Below, in pieces: positions 37,701 through 52,320 of a stretch of 64,000 nucleotides of DNA. Location of the stretch: the NCBI GenBank assembly GCA_000934665.2, contig KZ538079.1, forward strand, positions 1 to 64,000. The letters run 5' to 3'. Made by a program: the position numbers and the translations under genes. Within the stretch, counting starts at the first letter, position 1. Each line of letters opens with the position of its first letter. The notes under the pieces were generated by a model. The model did no database searches. It saw only the letters and a list, made by a program, of their open reading frames with translations, and had not been told where the DNA came from. The DNA comes from Catajapyx aquilonaris. Taxonomy: Eukaryota.

Positions 37701-40700
37701 TCAAGTACATCAAAGACTTGCTAATTATCTCCACCCTTTCATGTGCCCCTTGGGTGTGGTTTCGTGTCGCAGCCTCACCCTCCCCGAAAATGCTGTAGCT
37801 TCCACCACTGTAATTACCGGTACGGTACTATTCAGCCTATACGTAACTCCCCCCCAGTAACTGCCTGGCCTGCAAGACACTGTAATTAATCCTCGTCTCT
37901 GCCGGACGTCATCCGCAGATAACGACGCCAAAAAAGGATCCCGCACACACTTTTTTATATATAGAACCCCCCGCCTCTTAAGCCCCGCAATCTGTGTTGA
38001 CACCAAGATAAATGGAATAGCCCAGAAAACGACCTTTTCATTTTTTTTTCTCTCTCTTTCTCTCTCTGAGGTCTAGCTTATTACCTAAGGTGGTGCAAGT
38101 TCAAAAGATAGGTTGATTGTCTATCAGCAACCAGGAGAAACTCTCTAGAAGGTTATACATATTATAAATAGCGAATATTTGTAGCGAATACTTTTTGATA
38201 ACTGCTAGAAACAGTTTAGTGCGAAAAAATTTGATTGGATCAAACCCATTCAATTATGCCCTGAGAGAGTTAACAATAGTGCTTGTACTAGTAGTAATAG
38301 CTTAATCTGGGCCCGGTTCTTCCCAGGACATTCGCATGTCAGTATTGATTTCCAAGCCCACCCACCCCTCGGTGTGCGCTCCCCAAACGGTGCACCCAGC
38401 AGGGTTGTAACAGGGGGGGTATAACGTACCTCACTAACACACACAAAGATAGCAGGGTTCTATTACTGTCAGACCACAAGAGCCGATTTTAACCCCCCAA
38501 AAAAACCATGGGGAAAAAGTATATAATTGATGGGTCGTTACGATATCAGGCGAGAAGAAAATGTTTGGGAACTGGTCCAAAGTGCGATGAAGAAAGCTTT
38601 AATCGGAGATTTATTTGTTCTTTATAGCGGTTATTTTGGCCTCAGGTTGACGACCTGGTCCAGGGCTTGTGAGTGGCAGCATCTGATATGTGTTGAAATG
38701 TTGGCAAAAAGGAATTTTGGAGCTGAGGGTCCTATCTGCTCAAATAATGAGTTGGCAGTAAGTAGTATGCCCAATGAAATTAAACCAGATATGTCTGAAA
38801 CATTTTAAATTTTTATGTATGTTTTTATGAACAAATGAACAACTTTACGTAAAGCACAAGAGTGTCCTGCATGTAGGTCGCTATATCTGGATTAAATGAA
38901 ATGAATATATTGCTTTCATCTATGATAAGAATTCCTAAACGGAATAGCTATTTTTTGCAAGTACATAGAAACCGGGCGAGTAGGGCGTAGTCAGACAGGA
39001 AAGGAAGCGTCAAGGAGTGGGCACTTTGTTTACTTTTTGTTTACTATACTTCACCCTTGTCCTCTCCCGCACCTTTTAAAATGCGACATATTTGTATAGG
39101 AATCACGGTGGTGTGACCATGGCCAGATGTAGCCAAGGAAGGGTGTGATCACCAGTCGGAAAATAACACTCAGAGATGATTAGCAACGGTGTTGCACAGG
39201 GTGGAGGGGCCGTCTTGTAATGATAACAATCTTAAACAAAATTCGTCTGTAAATGGAACTTTGCGCGAAGAAATAGTGTTTCGGACCATATTGTACCAGC
39301 TTGTCGTCAAAGCGTAATTCGGCAATCGGATTTGAACTGCTGAATCACACCTGTGTGCAAAAGCGGTCCATTCGGCCCAGCCGGAAATTAATATCGATCA
39401 GAGCAACGTCAGGTGTATTGTCACAGAGTGTGTGAGTCAGCCCGAATTTCCGGCAATTTGAGAACCGCGTTACGCATAATAATAATCGAGCGTTTATTAC
39501 AGGCTCCGTACATGAGACAGACAGGCGGTACGGTGCGTATATGGAAAACCTGTCCGAACCGACACGTATCCGACACCTGTACAAATTGTATCTCATCCAT
39601 CAGATGAGACATCATGCTGAGCCAGACGATTGTCGGCTGATTGGCTTGGGTTTAACCTGCCGTTTGTTGTTAACCAGCCGTTTGTGAATTGAACTCCCGG
39701 TAACTTAAACTGGACTTTTCTGGAAGCTAGCGACGTACGACGGACCAGATTGGAAGCTGAAGGTTTAGCCGACACGTGGCAGATGGCAGACTGCACCGGC
39801 GGCAAGAAAGCGCCAATCAGAAAGTTTGAATTTGGGCGCGGGTGCGTACTTGGGCGCCATTTAATTAACATCTTAATGATGTTAGCGGAAGGATGTCACT
39901 TGATATTTTTGATACTATTTGACGTATGTATATCCACCCCCTTTTTAATGACATAATTGCAAAATGTGCCAGATGAATTTGATATCTTTTGACGTCACTA
40001 ATGGCCGTGACTGAGTGCTGATACAGGATGCTCATTTGTGACGCATGTTCGGGTTCTGCCGATTGAAATAATAAACCCAAAGGCGGAACACAATAGGGCG
40101 GACACCCCTCGGTCAGAAGGGGGGGAAGGTTGTCAATAACTCGGCCCCCACTAACATGTTCGGATGGGATTCTATAGGGAAGATAGACAAGAGGGGGGGA
40201 TGTTGGGGAGGGTTGCCGAAATTGAAGGGCGGTGTTGTTGTATGCATGGGGCGCATGTGCGTCTGGGGGATGTGATGTGGGGGAGGGTTGGCGGTACGTG
40301 CTTTCAGAAATGGATGGATTTGCCAGTGAGTGAGGCCGCAGACTGCTTGGGGGTCTCTTCTTGGTCAGACCCATGGCATAGGAAACACGCGGCCGGCACG
40401 TGACCTCTAGGAGGTCATCTCAGGTCTGGAGTCAAGGTGAGGTGGATGTCACCTTAGGTCGTGCCGTAAAAGTGTTCCGCTGAATTCACACAAAAAATGC
40501 GTGTATGTTTACAATATTTTATTTTGGGGGTATACTAGACCAGAAATGTGCCAAAATAGTTACGCGTTTTTTTGTGGGTCCATGTGGAACCTTCTGGTAT
40601 CAGTTGGGGGCTGGATGGAACATGCCAGAACTGTCTGGTGCAAAATTGGTAGTAACATAGTAGCTCCAACCCTTAATGGACAGTTAAGGTTATTAAACTG

Positions 40701-43700
40701 ACTGGACTTACGTGAGATTAATACAGGTAGGAAAAATACTGATGACGTCGCAATGGCATTCAACAATTCTAACAATTCTATGTTTTTGATGGCTGTAAAA
40801 AGTGTAGTTTAACATTTAACCGCCAGTTAGTTGGAAACATATCAGCCTGATTTAGGTCGGACAACCGAATCTTATGTTCTTGTTAGCTTGTACAACTTGA
40901 CATCATATGCATTGTGAAATAATCTGAGATTTTGCCTTAATTTGAGGTGATACGACGCAATCTTAGACATTGGACAGAATCTTGAACCATTGCTATAGTT
41001 CTAGATAGCAGCAGCCTCTGTTGTAATGCATATCACACATCATATATACTAGGCGACGATAAACGCCTACTCATAAAGATTTCCGCTATCCTGGGCATAT
41101 TTGAGTCCCATATACCACAAAATCGTGGTGATTCATCCGAACCTCCCCCGCCTCTAAAAAGCGATACCTGTCATACGTGATCCCTATGCAATTTGTGCTC
41201 CAACATAGCTCCAGGGTATAAAACCCCCCCTCTGGGTGGTTGATCCGGCGGTTTAATTAACGTACTGCCACCCGGATTGTTGTCACACACTCCTAGTACT
41301 ACCCGGAACTCTTTTTTTCCCCATCCACTATGACAAGCACTTTGACATTGAACCTGAGCGCATTGAACCAACGTTTCTGACCAAGTTCAACGCTCACTTA
41401 TTGATTCCCAATATCAAGATGGAAAATGATATGACTGCTGGCAAAGGGGGAGTGATTCCAATCAACATGAAATTAGTCATATTCAGAACCAGCTTATTTC
41501 GAACCATGGCGTTATTATTTGAAATGTTAATAATAGGATCGGACTTTGAGCTGCATCTCCTAAAGCTTGATCTGGTAGCTAGGAAATGTAGGAAACAGGG
41601 AAAACCTCCCCCTCAACTCAACCCCTGTAGTGGATCGATCTTTGGGTTGGGGGAAAGTCTCTCCATGCTTGGCAAGAGGGGGAGAAGACGACTCTAGGCA
41701 CAAGAAGTAGGTATAGAACAAGGGGAGGGGGAATGGGTGGGGGAGGGGGGAGAAAGACCAGAATAACACCCAAGGAAAAAGCTGGGCCTAAAGTCGGACC
41801 CATGGTTTCCATCTGCGTAATGGAAAACTCGGATAATTTGTTTTTTTTTTTGGGGGGGGGGAGGCTGGACAGCTGGATTGAATTGTATTTATGGTCAACA
41901 TGGTGGGCTTGGATGTAATTGAAAAGTTGTGTCAAAATGTCGCATTTTTTGGAGGTGGACTGTGGAAATGGCAACATGGAAGCAATATTTTCAACATTCA
42001 GTGACAGGGGCATAGAAATAATCAGCTGAATAAATAAGTCAATATTGATAGCCTATATCATACATATAGGCCTACTGTGTAAAGCAGAAAGTTTGTTGGT
42101 ATGTATGTCAGGCTACCTAACTCACTTCCGGACTTTCAAGACCCATACACATAGGCGGTCGACGGTTTTGATAGTGCTGAAATTTTTTGAGCCATTAATT
42201 ATTAGTTTCTGACAATTAACTTATGGCTACCTAACATGCTCATAGTGTGGCTGTAATGTAACAGTTGGCCAATTGTCGGGGGGGAAATTTCGCAAACAGC
42301 ATAGGCGGGTTGAGCAAGTCTTGTGTGCACAATTTGCAAGTCGAATGGTTTGTCAGTAGGAATCTACTTCTCTGCCTCCGCAAATAGCTGGGGTTGTATA
42401 TACGAAGGGCAGGCGAAGGTCAGCAATTGGCATATTTTCGCAGTCAAGATCATCAGGCAGGCGGCACATTACAGCACATCTGCACCTCTTACCCGATGGA
42501 AATGCGCACCTTCCACACACACGTGCAGCCTACATCTGGGTTAAGTCGTTTGTCCACTTAAAGCGGGGGGTCTGATGATGGATGGATCTACAAAAATTGA
42601 TGGGTTTTTGGACAAAAAATGGGCGAATAAGTGAGTTCTAGTGGAACGCGTTAAAAGCATGCAGAAGAGAAAAGTTGGCACAAAAGTTTGGAACTGCCAA
42701 ATTCAGCATGCTTTCGGTGTGAAGTAAAAATTCAAAGCCCGGAATTTTATGGCTTAAAAACCCCCTACTCTATTCCTAACTGGAACTCTCATGGGGTTGT
42801 GTTAAAAGGCGTCCCATTAGCACTGGGTTGGCTTTAAAATGTCACCTGTTGTCGAGATACGTCCCACTCGCTCGAAAACGTCACCTTTTCCCAGTGGTAC
42901 AAATGTTCAATTAAGGAACCTGTCACCTTCCAGTAGAATTGAATTTTTCATGTCTTCTGATTTTCTTAGAATTTTCCATAATGTCATCACGGCTTTCAAA
43001 TTTTAAGAACTGTGACCAATCTGGTACGAAGCGCATTTTGGCTCAAAAATGGCGCCCATTTTTAGAATTGACTAACCTCATATGGATTTAAAATGGCGCC
43101 TGTTGTCGTGATAAGATCGCATGTCCAGGGACTGTATACAGGGAGGAGCCAACATGCTAACCAAAATGACACCCTTACCACACAACCTTTGACTCTACAA
43201 CACGCCTAGGTGCCAAGTTACTCTAAGAGCATTTCTTTTGAAGCCTCTCAGTATGGACACTCCATGCCAATAGTGTAATCAACCCAAGTGCTCCTTAGAA
43301 AAAGGCCCCCCTCTTCCCATTAGTATAAGAACGTGAAATCCCCTCTTCTTTGCCTCTAAAAAGCCAGCTTATCCAGGTTTGGAATGGTCGGTATTCCATA
43401 GTAAGCTAGAGCTCTTTTTTCCACCCCTGTGTGCAATCCCCCTGAGGGAAATGGGGGAGAAGGTACAGAAAAGTGCTTTCGGAGTAAAAGGAAACGGGCG
43501 AAGACAACAGATAAGGTTCTTCTCAGGCTCTCCGAAAATAGGCAGCGATACCATCAATGTATCACATAATTTTTGGAAGCTGCCAATAGGTTCGAGTATC
43601 GATAGTTTTTTGTTTGTGAAAAACATGGCAGGTTCATTAGCTGCTGTAAGACGTTCCAGATGTAAGGAACGACCGTAAAAAGTGTCCAGATGCGTGTCTA

Positions 43701-46700
43701 CTGTCGTCTGGCAATTAGTGGTCCAAATCTGGCACCAACCAGGCACGTGCGTGTAATTTGACACCGTTGACATTGCATCTGCACACACTGTTTGACGCCA
43801 CCATTGACGTCACAGCTTCATCTGCACACCGCTGCGTCGCCATCTTGACTCTGATCGTCCCTCTTTGCCAGGCAGATTAGGTTTCATTAATATTACACGC
43901 GCCAGACTTGAGATTAACGATGGAGGGGAAGCTTCTCAAGCATTGCCACACCGGACCGATCCATCTAATGGAAACACGTGGGTTCCAACAGAATTTGGTT
44001 GCTCAAACCGCCCTCCCCATTGCTCCGGTTCATATTGCAACTCTCGTGTTTCATAAAGTTCATATTCCAAACACGGGGCTGACCTCTACTCGTGTTTCAT
44101 ATTTTTTGACGCAACAAAAGGACATTCTCCAAAAAAAAAAACCTTGTGAATATATAAGCCCCTACCATAAAATTTAGATTGCTAGCCATAATGGGGATTC
44201 CCCCCTATTCCAAGATGGCCGCGTTTTTTGAACGAGGGTTGCCAGATGGAGCAGGGATTGACTATCGGGTTAGACACCAACAATCAATAGTATGGAGCGG
44301 ACATATTCGGCCATTTCTAGACTCTGATAGATGATGGGTTTCCAGCCTCCTGCTTTCTTTTCCATCTCACGGACTTCCATGTGTTGTTAGGGGTGTGGGA
44401 GAAGCTTCATCCTGATTTATGTCCAGAATGTATGTCGTAAGGGACGTGACGATGCACTTTCAGGCGGAGCAATTTCGATTTGCGGAAGATGCTCGGAGTG
44501 GTTGGGGACGAAAAATTGGGCGATGGTTTGGCTTGAGTGACAGGTACTTCAGGCCTGGATTTTTACGGATAAGAACTTGGGGAGTACTTTCCATGCATTG
44601 TTACAGCCCATGTCACGCCTGCCTTCACTCATAATGTGTCAATATGTTCGTATGTGACAGGTTACGCGTCGATGCATATGTTTTGTTTCAACCCCCCTGA
44701 CATTGCTGGGTAAGCTAACATGTTAATTCACCCCTGCCAATTTTGGCAGCCAGTTGCAGTTGGTACACGCAGATAATATTGCACGCAAATATAATAATAA
44801 CGCGCACTATAACATGGCATTAGCATTGTTTGAATACATGGACCGCGACCGGTTGGAAATACGTCAGTTTTTGATTAATCACTGCTATTTTTACAGAGTA
44901 GCAGTGATTAGTAGCTTTTCTAAAGCTCTGTCCGCTGTGAGTCATCAGTAGTGCGCCATCTATGTGACAGATATGATACTACGCCCACAGTCCTGAGGCA
45001 GTGTTGCCAGGTGTTAGCAATGGCTTTACTAGTCTTTGAATATGAATCACGAAATGGTTGAGACTGCACGAGTAGAACATGGTCGACGTCACCAGGGGAA
45101 AACCTGTATCGATGTTTTCTTAGAGCGTGGGGGAGGGGTGGTTCGTTATCTTTTTTGAGTCGAAAAAAGGTATCCAATTCCCTCCCCCTCCTCCCCTCCC
45201 CTCCTGTCATAAACGAGACAATAGGGAGAGCAGGTGGCCGCGGGTGTGATAACAGAAAGGTCATTTACATCCATGATGAGGCTAATATTTAATCCCACCC
45301 TCCCTCTCCCTACCCCCCATAGTAGTCGCTGGAACTTTTATAGCCATATTCCATCAACAGAACTGAACATATTTCGAGCAAAGGAGGGGACCGAATCAGA
45401 CCAGACATCTCATTGGTCATGTACATGCGTGTGTGGTGTAATTCAGGCGAGTGATTGGAATCAGCGATAATATTCTGTTTGAAGTTGTATACAATATAAA
45501 ATGCGAATACTCGCAGTTATTTATTAATTTGTCACGTATGTTCACTGATCATGCATTATAACTTATAATAAAAATTATAGTTATAAATATTTTACATATT
45601 AATCGATATGTGAAATCGATATAATGTAGCTATTGAGTTGATATAAAATATTGAAATGAAAACACTGAGATTGGAAAATCACGCTAGCGTGATTCGAGGA
45701 GATTTTTGCCATGATTAGGCCATGATGATAACTGCTCACGGACGGACGGACAGAGCCACTCTGTAAGGGTTTTTATGTAGAGAAAATGTCCGAAAGACGA
45801 TTTTTTTTTACGTGTAGTATGTACGTCGCAAAATGGAACCATGCACCTTTAGTTCCGGAACCTGCCACTAATGAGGGCGTGACTGGTCTTCGTTAATTTC
45901 CCAGTACACTTGAGTCATAATTAGGTTTCTAATCTGGAGCGATATTCGCCCGGTGGCGGAATCAGCAGCTTGAGTCAATTAAGTTTTTTTTCTTTTTCTT
46001 TCTTCATTTATCCGCCCCCCTTTTGAGACGTCGGGTTTCCGGGTATTTTCTTTTACTCGAGGGTTCATTTGTATGCTCGGTACCGGCACCGAAGCGAGGG
46101 AGAGTCAAGAGAACAAACAAAAAAGAGATGGATCGATCTTGAACAGTGCTGATGCTGCCAAGAAATTCTGGTTCGCACCCAGGCTTGTACCAAGGGGAAA
46201 AAAAGAAAAGAGGAAGATGGAAAGATGATGCTTCCAACCCCCCCTTCCAGCAACTTAATTGCAAGTGATGGCTTCGTCTGCCATGTCTCTTTTGGGAAGG
46301 ATTTATTAAAAAGTTGGGCTCGCAGAATAATCAACGGATTGAAACTGCGTTCATTTTCATGGGCAGAAGAGGAATTTATCCTGAATTGATGCAACCCACA
46401 TGGCAGTCATGAAATGCGGGTTGCGCGACTCTCAGGCGTGTGAGACATTTTCTGTGTTTTAACCTTGAGGCGATTAATATTACATTGTTGTTGATACCCA
46501 GGTCTGGCTTTGAAAAAAAAATGGTTTCAACCCTTGACCTCGGATGACAATGGGCGGGTTTATCGTCCTTCTGGCGAAGTTATCAGCAGCAATAAAGCGC
46601 AAGGGACCATGTAGCTTATGGGCTGATCCCCACAGTGTTTGGCTCGTTTGTTTGAGTTGGAAGGAGCCAAAGCAACTAAAGGTTATGAGAAAGATACAGC

Positions 46701-47493
46701 TGGAGATAAAAAATATTTTATGTTAATTAACAGTGTAGGGATTAGTTTAAAACGGTCTGGATTTTGATAGCTCAATTCGTTTTGTTTATTTAACAAATGC
46801 AACATTGCAAGCCGCCCCCGAGTGGTTTCTATTAATTATGCGCAATGAATCCTGGCTCTATTACAATGAGAAGGAAATATCCCGGGTGCAAATATGCATA
46901 GAGGAATAGTTCGAAATCCGGCTCCCTTTTGTTGCAAATTTTAATTAACCAGACTAATCCAGGTGCAGGGCTGGGGTCATTCAGTGTACAATGAACATCC
47001 CCTCTCTCCCTCAGCAGTTCTGACTATGAATTTGCACTGAACAATCAGAAGTTCTCCCTCCCACTATACACAAAAAAAACACAGTTGATCCAAACACCAT
47101 CCCTATAGTTATTACCGTGGGGGGGAACGTGGGGAGGAAATGCGCCCGTTTTGGGAATAACCCCGGACAGGGGAGAGCTAGTCCCAAAAGTGAGATCAAT
47201 AGCGACGAAAAGTTTGCCCTCCTGGCCTCTCTGGACACTAGCCAAACCATCTACGTTTTTGGATTTTTCATATGTGAATCAGGTTGTCTTCAATTCCTGT
47301 TTGTTTATCAAAATTTGGCAACATTTCCCACCAATTTTACGTAGTATGATACTCCACAAACAGATGGCGCGCATCCACCAACTCCACGTGGTAGCTACGG
47401 TAACTACATGCACCTAGGTGATGGCTCAACGCATGTAGGGACAAAGTCACGCCTAGCCAATTCTATATCTGAATTATTTTGATCTTATTGCAG

Positions 47494-47565
47494 GTTTCAC
47501 ACCGAAAGCTACAAGATGGCTGCCACCACGCCTGTTTCGGACAAGACGCCCACTTCGCCCAACAG
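47494..47565 (+). CDS. 72-nt phase-2/phase-2 exon of the second gene (FHTESYKMAATTPVSDKTPTSPN), with an internal ATG at 47516
   Basis: tcttattgcag acceptor, CAG|GTCAGT donor, open and in frame with the 17852 donor; aagATGG context. Confidence 0.65.
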
Positions 47566-48224
47566 GTCAGTTTGGACTTTTTTGTGTTGTGAGTTTGCGG
47601 ATTGATCCGGGGGAAAAAGTTTTTGGAAGTTTTAAAGTGGCGGAAGATGTCGTGACCGGTTTTTTAGCAATATGGGAAGAAAGATCGATTTTATGTTCTC
47701 TGAAGCTAAAGTGTGGGCGGATCGAGCCCGATATGCTGAACAAACCTGTATGAAACGGAATATTTGGGGGGTTCTAGTCCAACACTATACTAATGAAGTT
47801 ATGAACCATCCGTGCCTCTTAAGACATGTAAATGCGGCGCTACCCCGTAATGAATCTAAGGACCCTTCAGAGTGAATGCAAGGATGTCACAAAATAATAT
47901 AAGGGAACGATGGGTAAACATTCCCTCGGAGGCATTCCGGTCACGAAGTCCCTTATGGCGCATCCCAAAGTAGTCAATTCTCTCGCCTCGTGCTTGGAGC
48001 GAGGGTTGCAGCACGTGCTAACTAGGATGTCAAACCGGAGGGTAAAAGTCGGCGGAGACTAACGGGTTTACCAGCAGTCCCAGGGAGAGGAAAAAGTGAC
48101 CCGTGTGTTGCATCAGGGTGGGGCAAGGTGGACGGGTTTCAAGAGAAAAGAGACTGGAAGGGGGCAAATGGAAATGCCAGTTGGTCGCAAATATTGGGAC
48201 ACTGCAATATAATAATTTTCATAT

Positions 48225-48270
48225 ACCAAACCTGGACAAACAAACAAACTTTTTATTTTATATATGTAGA
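48225..48270 (-). mobile_element. Helitron-like 5' terminus fragment
   Basis: Minus strand reads A|TCTACATATATAAAATAAAAAGTTTGTTTGTTTG. Confidence 0.45.
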
Positions 48271-50533
48271 TAATGGTTACAAAAAAGCAGTTGCTGACTA
48301 AATGAATATTGTAACTATAGAGTACATACAATGTGGTGTCACATATCGCACCACTGGTTGTGACCTGCCTGTAGTGGCAAGGTCAAACGATTGTAAAAAA
48401 GATTTAATGTAGGGCACTTACACATCACGTGCCATTTTTTCCACTTTCAACCCAGGGATAAGATGGCGTGAAGTTTGTTATTGTTGTTTTCCTATTGTGT
48501 GGCTCGGGCTCATTGTTTAGTTGCAATTTCATGCCTACAAGGTTGAACACTGCAATTATGAAGCTTGATTAAACTTTCTAGTTGATTTCACTGCAGGACT
48601 GCATGGAGTAAAACAGGAGAAATTTGGGTGCATTTCGTGTGAGTTTTAACCTAACCTGAAAGTGTGTTTACAAGGTGGCAACAAAAAAATCGACTAATTT
48701 TTGGGCAATTTGTAACATTTTGAGGGGCTGATTACAATAACAGCACTTGTCGTCAAAAATTCGAAATCCAACTGTAAATATTCGTCATTTTAAGTCACAT
48801 AACTCGTGGTCGAATTACCGTCCTGTTTGTTCTGGTCCATCGCAATCTTAATCTTGAGAAGTGACTTTTTGTGCCCATATACCGTGGTCACTTGGTCCGT
48901 CTTCCAAACAAGGCCAGTTTCCCCCCCGTATAGCGGGACTTGAGTCAGTGGGGCAGACGACAACAGAAGGTCATTCAGCCAAGATGACAAAACCAGATTC
49001 GAGCATAAAAAACAACAATGCATCTCCTCCCCATATAATAAAATCCGGGTCTTAGAGGACAACTCCATTTTGGCCTATTGTCAACCTGAAACCATATCCA
49101 TCTGCATCGTCGGGATGACCCAGAGATGACTAACGGGACCCTCTTCAAAGTGGGTCAAGTGGAGGGCCTTGAACAAAATAAAGGTGGTCAATGGGTTTGA
49201 GGTAAAAAGTGGGTAAGTGCAAGCCGAGGGAACCTGACCTTCCTTCGTGCAGGCAAGGTGCCATAGATGTCTGGTTGGCTTCAGTGGTGTGTGGGCACCT
49301 GGCCCGTTCGGATGGCTGGCCCGTGCCGAAGGTGAAACACTAGAAAAAAAGAGAAATTTTCTATTAAGTTGTGTTGCTGGCCCCCCCACCAGGAGGAGGG
49401 CAAAGAAAGTGGAGGGGTGGGCGTGGACCTGGAAAAAGGCTTTTACTTCCGTTTTATTCCGTGTCCGGTACGTGCTGGGGTGCGGACGGGTAGGGGTTGT
49501 GCTGTGCATGGTACGGAGGGAAGGTAAATGATGTTGGAGACACTTCGGGAGATTGTAAGTGACAGTGAAGTTGTGTGGACGACAAGTGTTACAGTTGGAG
49601 TCAGTGTACGGAGATTGTTTTGCACTATTTAATTCTTGCATTTTTTTTTTACCAAACGTTTGCGTTTGAATATTGTTACCAACCTCTATTGCGTTGCAGT
49701 TTGGTGTGTGCGGTTCAGTTAGTGATTTTTCGCAATTATTTTGTTCAATAATATTCGACTATAGTTCAATTCTGATTTCATATGTTTGAATTTGATATTC
49801 CCCGTTTTTTTTAAAGTTCTACATCATCTGTCACAAATTACTTTCATCTCTCTTTATTTCTTAAACAACTATTAATTTTCGTATACGGTTTTATTGGAAA
49901 TTCAAAGACTGTTGCTCTCTTAATTTGCTTTGATATTGGCATATATTTTGAAGAGTAACCTATGGACTAGAATGTGCATATTTCACCTAATATTTGCAGC
50001 AGTTACGCAGTAACTGCAGCTTAGTGCGAAAAAAATCACAACTAAATCAAACATCTCAATTGGAGCACAAATGCATACAAATTGACATGTGCATAGCAAT
50101 TTCAATTTAGATTTTGTGCAAGTAAAACTCTAGCAAAGTTGCTACGGATCAGTTGCACGTTGGCCCATTGTTGATCGTAGCAAGCTTGCTAGAGACGCCG
50201 CTTCTTGCATCCCAGTAGCCTCTAAAGGCGTGACGAAACATGCGGAAATCCTAATTGCATCTGCGCCAAACTCCTTGTGGATCGGCAACAAAACGCGCAG
50301 TAACGACTTTCAAAACGTCCGGAAACACCTGTTTTGGCAGTGCACTTCGTGTACGTGTGTGTGTGTGTGTGCGGGAGGAAAGCGAAACATTTCCCCTAGT
50401 GTTACGGCAAAGGAGAGAGAAAAAACGGATAAGTGAGAGTAGCAAAGCCATTTCCTGAAGAAGTGGACCGAGAGTCTCGCTGGAGTGTGGTTGGTGGAAT
50501 CCGGATGATGATGAAGGTCTGGTGAAGACAACG

Positions 50534-50763
50534 ATGATCAGGAGTCATCAGGAAGGATGGACCACTCCTTGGTGGTGCCAGCAGAGATCTGGCGACCTGT
50601 GGTGGTGCGAGTGGCCTACCGCGTCCTTCTCGATGCCGCCGGTGCAGCAGACACCTCCGACGCAGCAGGTGGTATGGGTACGGAGCACATATTGCATACC
50701 CAGAGCCTCCACCAGTAGCAAGTGCAGGAGATGGAGTTACGCTGTGCCCTCGCCATTTCACAG
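50534..50763 (+). CDS. Putative alternative first coding exon of the second gene (MIRSHQEGWTTPWWC...RRWSYAVPSPFH)
   Basis: GC-rich open frame of 230 nt in AT-rich surroundings, ends at CAG|GTGAGG in phase 2. Confidence 0.55.
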
Positions 50764-52283
50764 GTGAGGTGGTCTGTGTGCCGATCGGTACCGGTACGGA
50801 CTACGTGACTGACTTGTGAAACACACGGTGTTGCAATGGAATTGTTCAATAAGCGACTTTTTGCACTAAGCAACTTGTACAATTTATAAAAAAGCTGCTT
50901 TCAAGTAATTATCCGAAATATTAGCTGCGAACATGATGTGGAATAAATGTTATGAATACATCATATTGGGTCGTGTGATGCACTGTACTGTACATGAAAA
51001 GTGATTACGAGTAGATATATTGCACATTTTAACGAGAATTCATTCATTAACTGGGATGCATAAATTTCGCCTAATATTAGAGCTTATTATATTATAACTG
51101 ATCCGAAGTTACCGCTTATATGATTTATGTTTGGAAAGTAGTGCTTACGGTTTTGCTGAGCCGGATTTTGGCAAAATCGTAAGTCAGCGTGAGGTCAGCT
51201 TGGAGTGAGGGAAAGAGATAGAAAAAAAAAGAGTACCGGCGGTTCTACCGGTATGGGTCAGCTGAGTTTACTAGGATAAAAAAATTTAGGAGGAAATACT
51301 TGCTACCGTATTAATCTGATCGGGTGAAAACAAGAGGAACCTGATTGCCTCGGGCTGGTTTATAAAAACTCTTAAAAGTATAGAAATTTTCTTCTAAATG
51401 TGCATTCGTGCAACCGGCCTTTAAAATATCACAAAATCACGCTCTCGATTGCACCGCTCATAAAATTGGCAAAACTTTTAACAACAGGCTGTAGCCTTGA
51501 GCTAACCTGCTGAGCCAATCAATTCGCCATTTGCAAATTTTTTTGTGTGTGCAAGAACCTGTTGCAGCCAGCCAGATTAGTCTCACCCAGTTAAAATCGG
51601 TCCGGTCGCCTGTTGCAAAAAGGATTAAAACCTGTTCTTTCATCAAAATCGCATTAAAGCTCAGGATGTGCCATTATTTTCGCGAACCGCGTTTGTCGCA
51701 ATCCGTTACGGCGACACGTGTTATCACAATCTACGGCTAGAAAGTTGTGCCGGCCGTTGACGTAACATTGTCACGGGGAAGACTATTGTGATTGTGAGAT
51801 ATACAATTATTTTGTTGTTGCTGTTGCTAATCTCTTTAAATATTGAAAAGGAATGCGACCGCGCTTTCTATTTTGGACATGCATAAGGGCGCCCCTGGGA
51901 TGGGAAATGTGGACCAAGTTCAGGGGTTTTCACGCTAGAGGGGTGACCTTTTAGCGCCGGCTGCCACCTACCGAGCAAAGTCGGAATGTTGTAGAATGGT
52001 CGATCGCAATGAGAAAATAATTAAGAGCGAAAATTGCTTACCAACTCATAGATTTAATGAGATGCACACATAAAAATAATCACATTCACCTATAAAAGGT
52101 CACATATGACTCACATAATATTGAAAAATATATATTAAAATATGTTTGTTGGTCCACGGTTGGTTATATTGGAGGTATAGTTTAATAATTATTGATAATA
52201 ACTACTAATAAAATAGAACCCTGTTCTCTTCGCGATGAAATTTCCTATAACAAATTTGTGATTATTGTTTTTGAAAAAAATTA

Positions 52284-52320
52284 CCGCGGCCACGCGCGAA
52301 CCCCAGGTTGGGAACCACTG
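52284..52320. mobile_element. hAT-type MITE terminal fragment
   Basis: GGTTGGGAACCACTG end; no partner end seen. Confidence 0.4.
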
